DNA of 63,788 nucleotides, filler included, from Octopus bimaculoides (taxonomy: Eukaryota), in the NCBI RefSeq assembly GCF_001194135.2. It is 5 parts of 5 records of this genome, joined end to end, with 100 filler letters (N's around TTAATTAATTAA, not from the genome) between each part and the next. Parts side by side here need not be neighbours in the genome. Positions count along the whole stretch, not along the records: positions 22,491 to 28,785 come from NC_068998.1; positions 28,886 to 44,582 come from NC_068989.1; 3 more parts are not named here. The stretch is one strand, 5' to 3'. Below the pieces are notes generated by a model, which was not told where the DNA came from, did no database searches, and saw only the letters and a program-made list of their open reading frames with translations. Shown one piece after another: positions 26,207-39,738 of this stretch; within the stretch, counting starts at the first letter, position 1; each line of letters starts with the position of its first letter. The position numbers were made by a program, and so were the translations under genes.

Positions 26207-28885
26207 GGTGATACGCAGGATGAAAATAATTCACTACATATATAAGTATAGATGGCGCTGCATGCAGATGCAGAGAAAGTGGCGAGCTGTTAGAATCCTT
26301 AAGACTTCGGACAAAATGCTTAGCGGCATTTCTTCCGACCCTACGTTCTGAGTTCAAATTCTACCGAGGTCGATACTACTTTATATCCTTTCGGGTTCGA
26401 TAAAATAAGTACCATTTGAGAATTTGGGTGCGTTGCAATCAGCTTCTCCCTCCCCTCAAAATTTCAGGCTTCGTGCCCCTACTAGGCATGATTGATAAAG
26501 ACAGAAAGGTGGCGTGGTGGTACAGTCTGCAGCACTTTAGGCAAAATGCTTAGTGGCCTTTCTTCCAACTCCTTACGTTCTGAGTTCGTATCCCACCAAG
26601 TTCAACGTTGTCTTACATCCATTCGGGTTCGATCAAATTAGTATCACTCGAGCTCTGCGTATATTCTAATCGGCTTGCTCCCTCCCAGTCAAATATGGTG
26701 GCTAACATGGTTACATAGGTCCATCCATCCATCCATCCATCCATACATACATACATACATACATACATACATACATGCTATGCCTCTACATAAGAATATA
26801 AAGATTTAGCCCATCCTTCTCTTAAACGATTTCACAGAATACCAGAAAAAACAGATTTTACATGAATCAAGATTTCACGGAGCTAGAAATTCGCTCAATT
26901 TTCTGTCAAAATATCTTCCGAAAAACTTCGGAAAAGAGATGAGCAGGTACAAGATGTAAAAACTCTNNNNNNNNNNNNNNNNNNNNNNNNNNNNNNNNNN
27001 NNNNNNNNNNNNNNNNNNNNNNNNNNNNNNNNNNNNNNNNNNNNNNNNNNNNNNNNNNNNNNNNNNNNNNNNNNNNNNNNNNNNNNNNNNNNNNNNNNNN
27101 NNNNNNNNNNNNNNNNNNNNNNNNNNNNNNNNNNNNNNNNNNNNNNNNNNNNNNNNNNNNNNNNNNNNNNNNNNNNNNNNNNNNNNNNNNNNNNNNNNNN
27201 NNNNNNNNNNNNNNNNNNNNNNNNNNNNNNNNNNNNNNNNNNNNNNNNNNNNNNNNNNNNNNNNNNNNNNNNNNNNNNNNNNNNNNNNNNNNNNNNNNNN
27301 NNNNNNNNNNNNNNNNNNNNNNNNNNNNNNNNNNNNNNNNNNNNNNNNNNNNNNNNNNNNNNNNNNNNNNNNNNNNNNNNNNNNNNNNNNNNNNNNNNNN
27401 NNNNNNNNNNNNNNNNNNNNNNNNNNNNNNNNNNNNNNNNNNNNNNNNNNNNNNNNNNNNNNNNNNNNNNNNNNNNNNNNNNNNNNNNNNNNNNNNNNNN
27501 NNNNNNNNNNNNNNNNNNNNNNNNNNNNNNNNNNNNNNNNNNNNNNNNNNNNNNNNNNNNNNNNNNNNNNNNNNNNNNNNNNNNNNNNNNNNNNNNNNNN
27601 NNNNNNNNNNNNNNNNNNNNNNNNNNNNNNNNNNNNNNNNNNNNNNNNNNNNNNNNNNNNNNNNNNNNNNNNNNNNNNNNNNNNNNNNNNNNNNNNNNNN
27701 NNNNNNNNGGTAAAATCGGTTCGATTTCTGAACGCCTTTTCTCGCAGGGAAACATCGAGGTGCTTGAAAAAGTGATAGCCGGTAGCCAAGTTCCCTCGTA
27801 GTTCCCTCGTAGTCAAGTTCCCAAGTTCCTTCGTAGCCAAATTCCCTCAACTTCTGGAGCATCATTAGTGAAACGTTTGGTTGAGAATTGTCATGAAAAA
27901 TGATTGGCCTTCTTCAGTTGACTAGTCTGGGAGGGAGGACTAGCTGTTACTAAGAGTTTCACGCTGCCGTTCGTCAGGCGGTTGTGACGAATTCTGAATG
28001 AAAATTCTGAAGCTACATGTGATATAATGATATGATATTTAACGAATGAGCCATTAAATCTGATTGGGTGGTTATTTAACGGTATGGTTTTGAAAATTAG
28101 ACAGACACTTAGACAGACAGACTGACTGACAGACAGAGGGCAACAATACTAAATGAATTTACGTTATATTTTTTAACTACTCTTACACCTCCACTTGCAC
28201 AGTTTTAGTAAACACATATTCTACAAAAAAGTATTGAGCAATTCTTTAGATTAAGGAATTATATATAACCCGACATAAAAACAAACGTTAAACGTGTGTA
28301 TAGATATATTTATATTTTAAATAATTACAAGTCTTTCAAATTTAGGTGCATTTTCAACAATAAATTTGCCTATATATATATATATATATATCCTGTCGTT
28401 AAAGCTCTTATTTCTAGCAATGTAGGTGCTCTAACACCCAAGTCATATTTAGAGACAATTGTAGTTTTCTTTTTTGGTATCACATTGCACACGTCTATCT
28501 ATATTTTTATATCAGGCTGAGTAAAAAGTAAGCAACGTTTTGAAACATGAAATTCATCATAACATATTTCAGCACTGCAGAAATTTTATTCATCAAAGTA
28601 AGTACTATTAGTTTTCCACCCGTTGACAGGTCTTATTTTTCGTCTTATATGAGTATCCAGTAATCACCCTTCTCACCAAGCAAGCTTGATGAGGTTGCCC
28701 GTTTAGTCGCCGACGACCCGACCTTGCAACAAGTTGTACTGGATTACATGTTACCATTAGTGCTCAAGAGCGACCTCTCTCTCTCNNNNNNNNNNNNNNN
28801 NNNNNNNNNNNNNNNNNNNNNNNNNNNNNTTAATTAATTAANNNNNNNNNNNNNNNNNNNNNNNNNNNNNNNNNNNNNNNNNNNN

Positions 28886-28920
<35 letters not shown>

Positions 28921-28967
28921 ATCTATATATATCTATATATATATATATATATATCTATCTATCTATC

Positions 28968-29000
<33 letters not shown>

Positions 29001-29309
29001 CACACATTATTGAATGGCCGTCCACTGCTCATTAGTTCTTCCACCCGTTGACGTGTCATATTTTTCGTCCTGCAGGGCGTCCAACAATTACCCTCCTCAC
29101 CAAGCAAGCTTGGTGAGGTTGCCAGTTAGTCGCCGACGACCCGGCCATGTGACAATTTGTACAGGGTTACATGTCACCAGTAGTTTTCAAGAGCGACCAA
29201 TAGCACTTGAATGCGACCTGGAATAAATATAAATAAAAAATATAAGAGAGAATATAAAAAAAATGTCAAAATATAAATATAATGTCACTATTTGTCACAT
29301 ACAGAGATT

Positions 29310-29737
29310 ATTCTCAGTATCCATCCTGATGACAAAGTTGTCATTTTCGGTGATTTTAATACTCACGTTGGTGCAGACTGGGAGTCCTGGGGGATGTTTT
29401 AGGTAAGCATAGTGTTCGGAGTTCCAACAGTAACGGTTTACAAATGTGTGTAGAGATGGATCTGTGTGTCATGAACACGATGTTTCAACTAAAAAATAAA
29501 TATAAAACGATATGGATGCACCTTGGATCTAAGAAATGGCACCTTATCGATTATATCCTCATTACGAAGCTTGACATCAGGGACTTTGCTATTGTGCCAG
29601 TTATGAGTGGCGCAGAGTGCTGGACGAGCCGTAAGCTTTTGCGTGCTAAGATGAATCGTGATGTCAAGCCTAAGGTTAGGGCAAATAATGTTAAGTTACC
29701 TAAACGGATCGATGTCAATAAACTTAAAACACTGTAG
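29310..29737 (+). mobile_element. RTE-type LINE apurinic endonuclease fragment, frameshifted
   Basis: DKVVIFGDFNTHVGADW, then DLCVMNTMFQLKNKYKTIWMHLGSKKWHLIDYIL...GAECWTSRKLLRAK. Confidence 0.85.
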
Positions 29738-29900
29738 GGATACAGTAATTTTGTGAGATAAATACGAGGTCTGATCAATAAGTAACGAAGCTAAAGCACG
29801 TTAAGTAAAGTTGCTTGGTATAGACTGACCTTGATGTCTGCTGTGCATGCACACTAAGTTTTAACGTTCTAGCTCACTTATGTTTAGGGGTGCTTGGAAG

Positions 29901-29931
<31 letters not shown>

Positions 29932-30025
29932 GTGTGTGTTTGTGTATCTATCTATGTATCTATCTGTATGTCTCTCTCCTTCTCTGTCCTCTCTCTCCCT
30001 CTCACCTTCTCTCTCTCTCCCTTTC

Positions 30026-30067
<42 letters not shown>

Positions 30068-30173
30068 AGTTGTATGATGTCGACTTAATGTGACAGTCCC
30101 ATGAAGGGAATAACACTACTGTTATTTAGCCCTAGGAAGCAGCACCGCTACCTGTCGTCTTGACACATTTCCT

Positions 30174-30278
30174 GTGTACTTATGTTTACAAGGGGGAGAC
30201 AAGCAGCTCCACAATGGCCTGATAGTTGGAGATGCCTGTCTGGAGGTGCTTGTCTCCTCCTTGTAAACATAAGTACAC
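30174..30278. other. 105-nt hairpin with a 38-bp stem and 29-nt loop
   Basis: 30174-30211 pairs with 30241-30278: 36 Watson-Crick pairs, one G-U and one G-G mismatch. Confidence 0.85.
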
Positions 30279-30322
30279 TTATAGATAGAGAATGTTTATG
30301 TATTGTGTTTCTTTTCTTACAG

Positions 30323-30676
30323 CCGCATGTGCGGACGGAAGCTGTGAACATCTTTGCCTACCGAAAGGAGAAAAATCTTATACCTGTCGGTGTGGACTTG
30401 GCTACCAGATTGGCGAAAATAAGAAATTCTGTGCTACTGATTTAGCTACAGACAACTTCCTTTTAGTCACCGATAGCTACCGGAAGCAAATTTTTCAAAT
30501 TAGTATGATTACCGGCAAAGTACAAGCTTTGGATGTACGAGATCATTTCCGCCCTCTTGCTGTGGATTATGATCCAGTTCGACAGATAATCTATTGGACT
30601 GATGTCGCTCATAAATCAATCAAAAAGGCCGAGATCAACGGTGTACATGAGACTTTGGTTAAAAAATTAACGGACG
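30323..30676 (+). CDS. LDL-receptor-related (LRP-like) protein exon A: EGF domain plus first YWTD propeller blades
   Basis: cttttcttacag acceptor, G|gtaag donor, phase 1-1. Encodes ACADGSCEHLCLPKGEKSYTCRCGLGYQIGENKKFC and PLAVDYDPVRQIIYWTDV. Confidence 0.92.
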
Positions 30677-31617
30677 GTAAGCAGTAAAAAATACTTTTCT
30701 TTTCTTCAGCGTGGTTGTCAGTCTTTTTTTTTTAATCTTTTTATAAATTTTTACATGTACATATTTCTAATGCTTTCTTGGCAGTCATTCTGAGTGAAAA
30801 CTATTGAACATTTAACATATATGAGGTCTGCGAAAATATAAAGTATGATTGAATATATAGAGCTGAAATGTCGAAATTTTAAAATATCACAAAATATAAA
30901 AATGATGTGATATTATTATTATTTATTTATTAGCCACATAAGAATTAACAGTGTTCATGTCCTTTTTGAAGTCTCTGATGAGATCGATGCAGTGTGTTGT
31001 AAATTGAATTACTGTATGTTGACGATATGGGAAAATTCGGGCAAAAAACGAAATTTACAAATGGTTGCAGCATATCGTGGAAATAGTTAACCTGATAAAT
31101 GTTCAAGGAATGATTTTGATGATGGGGATAAAGTAGAGCTGATTAATAAAGGAGTAATAGATGCCTCGACTGTTTTTAATGAGCGCTATGGCAAGCAACT
31201 CGTTAGAGGTATTTGTATCATTGCTTAAATATAACCAGTCAAGTACTGGGATCGATGGGAACGTCCAAACACTTACCCTCAAAGTTGTTGGCTTTGTGCC
31301 TGAATCAGAAACTATTATTAGTAGAAAAGAACGATATAGGAGAAGTAATACCTTAGTAGGATAGTGGTTATAGATATAAGGGAGTGATTCTTTACAATTC
31401 TGCATAATTGTCATTTGAGAGGAGAGGCAGTCTTGGATAAAATCTCGCAGTGCGTGATTGCTGACATGCATGTCATATGTTCGCTATCGCAGCCATAGAC
31501 TATAGACACGCATTACTTTTCCCCCTAAATGAATTTGACTTTGTTGCCATTTGAAAGAAATCTTTATATTTATGAACTTATTGCATCTACGAGTGTATGA
31601 TTCCGTCTTTATTACAG

Positions 31618-31789
31618 ATTCCATTGCTGATGGATTAGCAATCGATTATGTGAACCAATTATTGTTTTATAGCGATGCTGGCATCAGGATAATAGGAGTA
31701 ATGACCCTAAGTGCATATCCTTTCCATAAGACCTTGATCAACAGTGGTCTGGAGAAAGTTCGATCTGTAATTGCTAGCCCCATTGAGAA
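31618..31789 (+). CDS. LRP-like exon B (YWTD blades)
   Basis: ttattacag acceptor, AA|gtaagt donor, phase 1-2, in frame with exon A. Encodes DSIADGLAIDYVNQLLFYSDAG...LINSGLEKVRSVIASPIEK. Confidence 0.9.
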
Positions 31790-32194
31790 GTAAGTGCTCC
31801 TCACATATTTTAAGGCATGATGAATTGAATAAGTTGAAACCGGTACGGAAATATTGTTGTACGCACACATCCTTCCATCTCTCTCTGTCTCTATACCACA
31901 GCCCTCTCTCTCATACACATCAAATTATATATACAATAAAGAACAACTTCATTTAAATAACTTTGAGGAAAGTATGAGATGTCGTATAAGCATTCAACTC
32001 AGTATGCACGGCTATATGTAAGCAAAAGTTACTGTAAGAAAATGAAAGAGACTGTGTTCATTTCTCATTTATTTATTGATATTACGCTCTGCACTGACTT
32101 GATGCCTTGCTGTAAATTATAAGAATATTCAGATTTAACGACTGGCTATTATCATTGCTATTCTGCTACAATATACATACGTGTGTACATACAT

Positions 32195-32251
<57 letters not shown>

Positions 32252-33215
32252 TATACATATATANNNNNNNNNNNNNNNNNNNNNNNNNNNNNNNNNNNNN
32301 NNNNNNNNNNNNNNNNNNNNNNNNNNNNNNNNNNNNNNNNNNNNNNNNNNNNNNNNNNNNNNNNNNNNNNNNNNNNNNNNNNNNNNNNNNNNNNNNNNNN
32401 NNNNNNNNNNNNNNNNNNNNNNNNNNNNNNNNNNNNNNNNNNNNNNNNNNNNNNNNNNNNNNNNNNNNNNNNNNNNNNNNNNNNNNNNNNNNNNNNNNNN
32501 NNNNNNNNNNNNNNNNNNNNNNNNNNNNNNNNNNNNNNNNNNNNNNNNNNNNNNNNNNNNNNNNNNNNNNNNNNNNNNNNNNNNNNNNNNNNNNNNNNNN
32601 NNNNNNNNNNNNNNNNNNNNNNNNNNNNNNNNNNNNNNNNNNNNNNNNNNNNNNNNNNNNNNNNNNNNNNNNNNNNNNNNNNNNNNNNNNNNNNNNNNNN
32701 NNNNNNNNNNNNNNNNNNNNNNNNNNNNNNNNNNNNNNNNNNNNNNNNNNNNNNNNNNNNNNNNNNNNNNNNNNNNNNNNNNNNNNNNNNNNNNNNNNNN
32801 NNNNNNNNNNNNNNNNNNNNNNNNNNNNNNNNNNNNNNNNNNNNNNNNNNNNNNNNNNNNNNNNNNNNNNNNNNNNNNNNNNNNNNNNNNNNNNNNNNNN
32901 NNNNNNNNNNNNNNNNNNNNNNNNNNNNNNNNNNNNNNNNNNNNNNNNNNNNNNNNNNNNNNNNNNNNNNNNNNNNNNNNNNNNNNNNNNNNNNNNNNNN
33001 NNNNNNNNNNNNNNNNNNNNNNNNNNNNNNNNNNNNNNNNNNNNNNNNNNNNNNNNNNNNNNNNNNNNNNNNNNNNNNNNNNNNNNNNNNNNNNNTATAT
33101 ATATTCTTGCCCAGTCTGTCTCATAATGGACAAACTGGCTGATGTCCTCCAGTGTTCTTTTTATCTTCACAACGAAACCTTCACACTAAATTACATACAC
33201 TTGTATATATGTATG

Positions 33216-33249
<34 letters not shown>

Positions 33250-36200
33250 TGTATGTATCTATCTATCTATATATGTATGTATGACTATATGCATGTATGT
33301 ATGTATGCCATTTTAAAATTTTATTTCAAGATGTCTTGCCAATAGGGAAAGAGCCGGTTTCTAACCTAGATCTAAGGCTCCAATCAATACGTGAGAAAGC
33401 TACTGTTATAGTTCTACATTCGTGGTTGAACAAGCATTAGAATCACCAAGGTGGCCTGCTGGTAGAATTGTTAGCACCCCGGGCAAGATGCTTCGCTGTA
33501 TTTCGTCCGTCTTCACGTTCTGTGTTCGAATTTCGCCGAGGTCGACGTTGCCTTTTTTTAAATCTTTTCGGGGTCAATAAATTAAGTACCAGTGAAAGAA
33601 TGAGGTCGATGTAATCGACTAGTCCTCTCTCTCCAAATTTCCGGCCTTGTGCCTTTAGTAGAAGGATTATTATTATTTTGTGCAAACTTCATGGAAAAAA
33701 GAAAATTGAAGCGCTCCGTGTGCTAGAAATAGGAAAATATGGAAAAGGGAGACTGACTGAGTAAATGAATGATTGAATGAGAAAAGAAAATAATCTCTAA
33801 ACTCACAAAACTCTTCGAACTGTGCGCAAACACAAACCAAGAATTAAAAAAAAAAAAAAAGAAATGCATAGAAAATTCTGTGTAATTCAGATTTAATGCG
33901 TCAGCTAATATAATATCACTACACTGTATAATAATCAAAAAATAAATTACGTTTACAACCATAAATCACACGTAGAAGGAAAAAAGAATTTCTTCGTATA
34001 ACGAGTCGGAGAAAAAGAAAATGTTTATAAATTTCGGATCCGAAGACTAAGGGAAGTGACTCTAAGTGCCAAACATGCATAGTTATTTCCCCTGAAATAC
34101 TAAAATAGTTAACGACTTGCATACTTTGCCTTTCGATACTAGTTATTTAAGGTAATCGCTGTAATGCTTAATGTAGCTGTTTTGCATTGGTCCAACTAAT
34201 ATCGAAAAGATTTATAAGTAAAGCTGTTCCAATTGTGAACATCCACTTTTCCCCCGATAAAGTGTAAGCATAACTGTGTGTTTAAGAAGTTGGTTTTGCA
34301 ACCACGTGGCTTCGTGTTCATTTCCACTGCATGACACCTTAGACAAGTTCCGGATTAACCAATGCCTCGTGAGTGAATTTAGTAGACGCAAACCATTGTC
34401 ATATAGATATATATGACACACACACNNNNNNNNNNNNNNNNNNNNNNNNNNNNNNNNNNNNNNNNNNNNNNNNNNNNNNNNNNNNNNNNNNNNNNNNNNN
34501 NNNNNNNNNNNNNNNNNNNNNNNNNNNNNNNNNNNNNNNNNNNNNNNNNNNNNNNNNNNNNNNNNNNNNNNNNNNNNNNNNNNNNNNNNNNNNNNNNNNN
34601 NNNNNNNNNNNNNNNNNNNNNNNNNNNNNNNNNNNNNNNNNNNNNNNNNNNNNNNNNNNNNNNNNNNNNNNNNNNNNNNNNNNNNNNNNNNNNNNNNNNN
34701 NNNNNNNNNNNNNNNNNNNNNNNNNNNNNNNNNNNNNNNNNNNNNNNNNNNNNNNNNNNNNNNNNNNNNNNNNNNNNNNNNNNNNNNNNNNNNNNNNNNN
34801 NNNNNNNNNNNNNNNNNNNNNNNTGTGTGTGTGTGTGTGTGTGTATGTATTTGTGTGTCTGTGTTTGTCCCATCCCCAACCATTGCTTGTCAACTGATGT
34901 TGGTGTGTTTACGTCCCCGTGACTTAGCGGTTCGGCAAAAAGACCAATAGAATAAGTACTAGGTTTACAAAGAATAAGTCCAGGGGTCGATTTTTTCCAC
35001 TAAAGGTGGTGCTCCAGTATGGCCGCGAAAATTGGCAGATATGTCAAACAAACCTAGCGTTTAATTACAGTCTTTCTTTTTCACTGACAATACGATCATA
35101 GTGTTATTACGAGTAAAAAATAATTTGATCAAGTAAGTGGGAGCGATACAGCTTTTGTTGCAATTTTCCCCTTCAGTATCTGCAATTATTAAAATGAGTA
35201 TCATTAAAATAATGGCAACACACTATACAACTTGATACTTCAAAAAACAAAAAAAACAGAACAAAACAAAAATGTGTTTTCTTGTGTCAATGTTAAAAAT
35301 TGATTCATTGTGGGAAAGAAGTAAAGTTAAATCGTTTTCAGGACAGAGGTCCTTTCTTCTCTTGAACATCAGCCGTTTGGGCTTTCCCATCTCAGTGCAT
35401 AACTTTTCCCTGAAGTTTTAGCGGAAAGCCATCAATCTCACCGGTCACAAATGGACAGCAAATTCCCTTTCTCACGACGAAATGAAAACAAAGATGTTGT
35501 TTATGTATCTAAAAGTATGAAGTTGTAATAGTTTGGGACTAATAATATTAATTCGGGAGACGAAACAATTTTTAGGAAATATTTTTAATTGCACTACATT
35601 TCGATAAGCATGATCTCCGAACGTCATCAGGTCTCGTATTCGTAGATATATTCCTAATTCCAGATTGGGTTCCGGATTCGATCCCCCTACGTGGCCTCTT
35701 AGGCGTGTCTTCTAGCATAGTCTGTTGTGAATCCAACCCCTGTTATTGAAATTAGGTAAGCAGAATATATTTAGCAGCCCGTCCGGTGAATTCTACTGGT
35801 GAATGTTGCGTTAGGGTTACATGCGTGTGTAGGATATTCAGCCCTTAGACGATAGGTCAAGGGGTACAAAGTTCTTGTGACTGAATTGAATACATGTCGA
35901 AACACACGTTGACGTTTTATTTCTCTGTTTATTGTCCTGGCTGTATTTTTAAATAGACTTTATACGTCACATTGTTTAACATCACTATTTGGCTCTTAGC
36001 TCTCGTTATTACAGTTTACTCTGTTGTAAGCATTTGGTCTCAGACTACGGTCCTTTCATTTGTCTTATATACTCTGAAAATATAAAAGCATTATTGATGC
36101 TGATCTTTCTTCTCTAGACCAGTGACAATACTTTGAGCCTCTGTGTTTGTGCGTATATATATTCTTTCGTTCTGTTACTAGCTTCAGTCACTTGACTGCG

Positions 36201-36607
36201 GCCATGCTGAGCACTTCAACTCTAGCCCGTTTTTTTATGTATTGTTATATTAACAATATCTAATTATACAAAAAATAACATTATTACTATTTAGTATTAA
36301 ATAGAGAACTTAGATTTTTAAAAAATGAGATTGAAAAATTAAAGATGATACTCTATATAGTGTGGTCTCATCCGCAAGATATAGGAGACGACTGAAGTTT
36401 AAATCTATTATTTTACACTCAGAGCTTATTATGATTCAATTTCATTGCAAGACAAATTGAGATTCGAGGTAGATTAATTTTTATTCTGTTTTTATAGTAT
36501 GATTTGACCTTTAATCTTACCAACTTTGTATTGCTACATAATTTTTTAAATCTTTGTATGTGTATGTTTGCCCATCTAATTCTACTTCTAACATCTTACC
36601 AATACAG

Positions 36608-36764
36608 AGAAGCGATTATATTGGGTTGATGCCCGCTCCAACAAAATTGCTTCGATGACCACTGACGGCAAGCAACAGAATGTACTTTACAGTGAATCGG
36701 ACGCCCATTATTTTGGTATTGCTCTGTCTGGTGATTACCTTTACCTTACAGACTGGTCACGAAA
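36608..36764 (+). CDS. LRP-like exon C (YWTD blades 5-6)
   Basis: Encodes KRLYWVDARSNKIASMTTDGKQQNVLYSESDAHYFGIALSGDYLYLTDWSR; donor AA|gtaagt. The acceptor could be the AG at 36606-07 or 36608-09. Confidence 0.88.
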
Positions 36765-37021
36765 GTAAGTATAACATTATGACTTGTGATATGGGAAAAG
36801 ATTTTCTTCAGCATAGTCACAACTAGAACATATTTATAGTTCATTAAATCTGAGCTGATCAGAAATCTAAGTAATAAGGACCAAATTTACACAAATATTT
36901 CGACAAGAAATGGTTACAGTTCAGTCCTTCGAAGTAATAACCAAATTCTCCTGTTACATACTGTAGTCTTGAATTAGAAAAAGGATATATTGCACGATGT
37001 AATCATATGTACAAAAACGAG

Positions 37022-37063
<42 letters not shown>

Positions 37064-38386
37064 AAAAGACTCTTACTCGGAGTTTCACGTTCCCGTTCAT
37101 CGGACAGTTTTACATATCGGACATACATACATACGTACATGCATACATACATATATATATATGGGGATGATAAAATAAGTACCTTGGGCGAATCACTGCG
37201 TTGTGAGAGAATTTGTAGTAGATGCAGGAAAGGAAAACAAAATGAATACTCATATACAAAAATAAACTCAGAAATAAAGGCAATTAAAGAAAAGAAAAAA
37301 CACATTGAAACGATTATAAGAGAGATCTAAACGACATATTCCCCACTCACGAAATTGCTGGCCTTGTGCCAATTTTTGAAATCATTATTTAGTCATGCTT
37401 AGGACTTTAGCATTTGATAGCTTAGTTTACCTAGCTGATGACAGATGCCACATTGACAACATAACTATATGCAAGTAATCCATTCACTTCTGGAGATGAG
37501 TCCGGTGGCGCTTGTAGTAAAACTTGCTTGCCAGAGATTTGCGTCATATACATTATTATGCATCATATGCATCATTAGTAAAAAAGAAACTGCTTGGTGG
37601 TCTATTTATTTTAAAGGAAGTTAAGAGTAATTTCTATCGTTGAGTCAAGGTCACATATTTATTGGAAAGGTAGAGCCTATTCAGTGTTCTGGAAATTGAC
37701 ATGTTTATTTTATTAACGCTGATAAAATGAGAAACAAGGTCGAGCCCACCACGTGAGGGTTAAACACAGAATGTAGGTGGCTTTAACAAAAATCTACAGG
37801 GCATTGTGGTTGGAGCTCTATCAATTTTTCTATCCAGTAATAAATAAAATAACAGTCATAAGGTCATAAAACACTGTTTTAAATAAAGAAGTGAGTGCAA
37901 ATATAATTGGCATAGGATGGTCATTAACAATAGGTTTTTACCACAATCAACTTGGAAAATTTCACAAAGCGAAAACCTGTTGAACAAGTTCTTGCAAACA
38001 GCGTACACTTTACGGAATATCTGTGAAAATTACTAGGAGCAAAATATCTAAGAATTTCTTCTAAAGAGAGTAAAACTTTATGTATACAGTTAGATAAAGA
38101 AAACTGATAAATTACTGAATTTGAACAAAGGTAAGCTTAGATACATCCCTATGCAGTGAGATCAAACACTATATATATGCATATATATCTTTTACTCATT
38201 TCAGTCATTAAACTGTAGCCATGAAAAATTCGTTTTAGTTAAATGAATCGACGGTCCCAGTCCTTATTTTTTGTTAAGCCTGGCAATTATTCTATCAGTC
38301 TCGGCGAACTGCTAAGTTACAGAAACACGCAAACACTGGTTGTTAAGCGGAGGGGTTGGATGGGGGAAGACATCGACCCAAACACG

Positions 38387-38451
<65 letters not shown>

Positions 38452-38778
38452 NNNNNNNNNNNNNNNNNNNNNNNNNNNNNNNNNNNNNNNNNNNNNNNNN
38501 NNNNNNNNNNNNNNNNNNNNNNNNNNNNNNNNNNNNNNNNNNNNNNNNNNNNNNNNNNNNNNNNNNNNNNNNNNNNNNNNNNNNNNNNNNNNNNNNNNNN
38601 NNNNNNNNNNNNNNNNNNNNNNNNNNNNNNNNNNNNNNNNNNNNNNNNNNNNNNNNNNNNNNNNNNNNNNNNNNNNNNNNNNNNNNNNNNNNNNNNNNNN
38701 NNNNNNNNNNNNNNNNNNNNNNNNNNNNNNNNNNNNNNNNNNNNNNNNNNNNNNNNNNNNNNNNNNNNNNNNNNNNNN

Positions 38779-38817
<39 letters not shown>

Positions 38818-39694
38818 ACATACAGGTGCAGGCGTGGAGTGTGGATTAAAATAGTTCGCTCTGCAACCATGTGCTTTCTGATTAAGTTTCACTGCGTGGC
38901 ACCTTGCGCCAATCACTGCGTTGTGAGAGAATTTGTAGTACAAGTACGAAAGTAAAACAAAATAAATACTCATATACAAAAATAAACTCAGAAAAAAAAA
39001 AGGCAATTAAAAAGGAAAAAAAAACAACATTGAAACGATTATAAAAGAGAATGCGGTAAGTGGAGAAATTAATATCAATACGGTGAATAACCTAGAAAGC
39101 AATCCTTATATTATATTAATGACTCTAGAGGTTTTGGGGATCGAAAAGAAACAATTGTTATTATAGTTTCAGGATACAAAATATTTTCAAAAAGCATGCA
39201 CAATTAGCAAAACGGATATGTACACTATATTGTATGTGTGTGTATGTATGTGTGTTAATTATTTCTCCTGCAGCAGTTCTACTTTGTCTAAGTGTATTCA
39301 AGTAACAATACAACAACACATGCCTGGACATATCAACAGAAAGATTTATCAGATGTCAATATTTTCTTTGCTAAGGACTTTAAAGAGAAAAACAGCTCTT
39401 GACTGCTTCAATTTTAGTGAGGAAAGTGAAAGAGGAACAAAGTATAAATACTTAGAAATAAGAACAAACATTTTAAATTGAAAACTTAAATAGGACGAGT
39501 AATAGCAAGCGGATAAAAATCATCAACAGAAACAGATACGAAGAAACACAATGGAAGAACAATTATACGGTGGTTAAGAGGCTCGTTTTGATATCGCGTA
39601 GTTCCTGAATCAGTTCCCCTGTCCTGCACCTTGTGAGTGAATTCGGTGGGCAGAAACTGTGTGGAAGCCTGTCGTGTATACACCTCCCACACAC

Positions 39695-39738
<44 letters not shown>

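Noticed and set aside
26838-26946. Exon-like stretch with AG/GT ends (YQKKQILHESRFHGARNSLNFLSKYLPKNFGKEM)
   Set aside because: No host-protein similarity; it faintly resembles a mariner catalytic region instead and cannot be supported either way.
27785-27846. Short imperfect tandem of agttccctcgt
   Set aside because: Only 4-5 degenerate units with no spacers; a slippage product, not CRISPR-like.
35071-35132. Exon-like SFFFTDNTIIV... with cag/gtaagt ends in the LRP B-C intron
   Set aside because: Wrong phase to follow exon B and too short or dissimilar to be the missing YWTD blade.
35591-35635. Minus-strand CUGAUGA...GAAA-UGUA hammerhead candidate
   Set aside because: Stem II does not pair and stem I has only 2 bp.
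37477-37545. NPFTSGDESGGACSKTCLPEIC, EGF-like
   Set aside because: Weak acceptor, no donor before a stop, wrong cysteine spacing; exon D fits better after exon C.
39337-39481. NRKIYQMSI, resembling part of exon A
   Set aside because: Similarity is limited to a few residues and there is no donor site.
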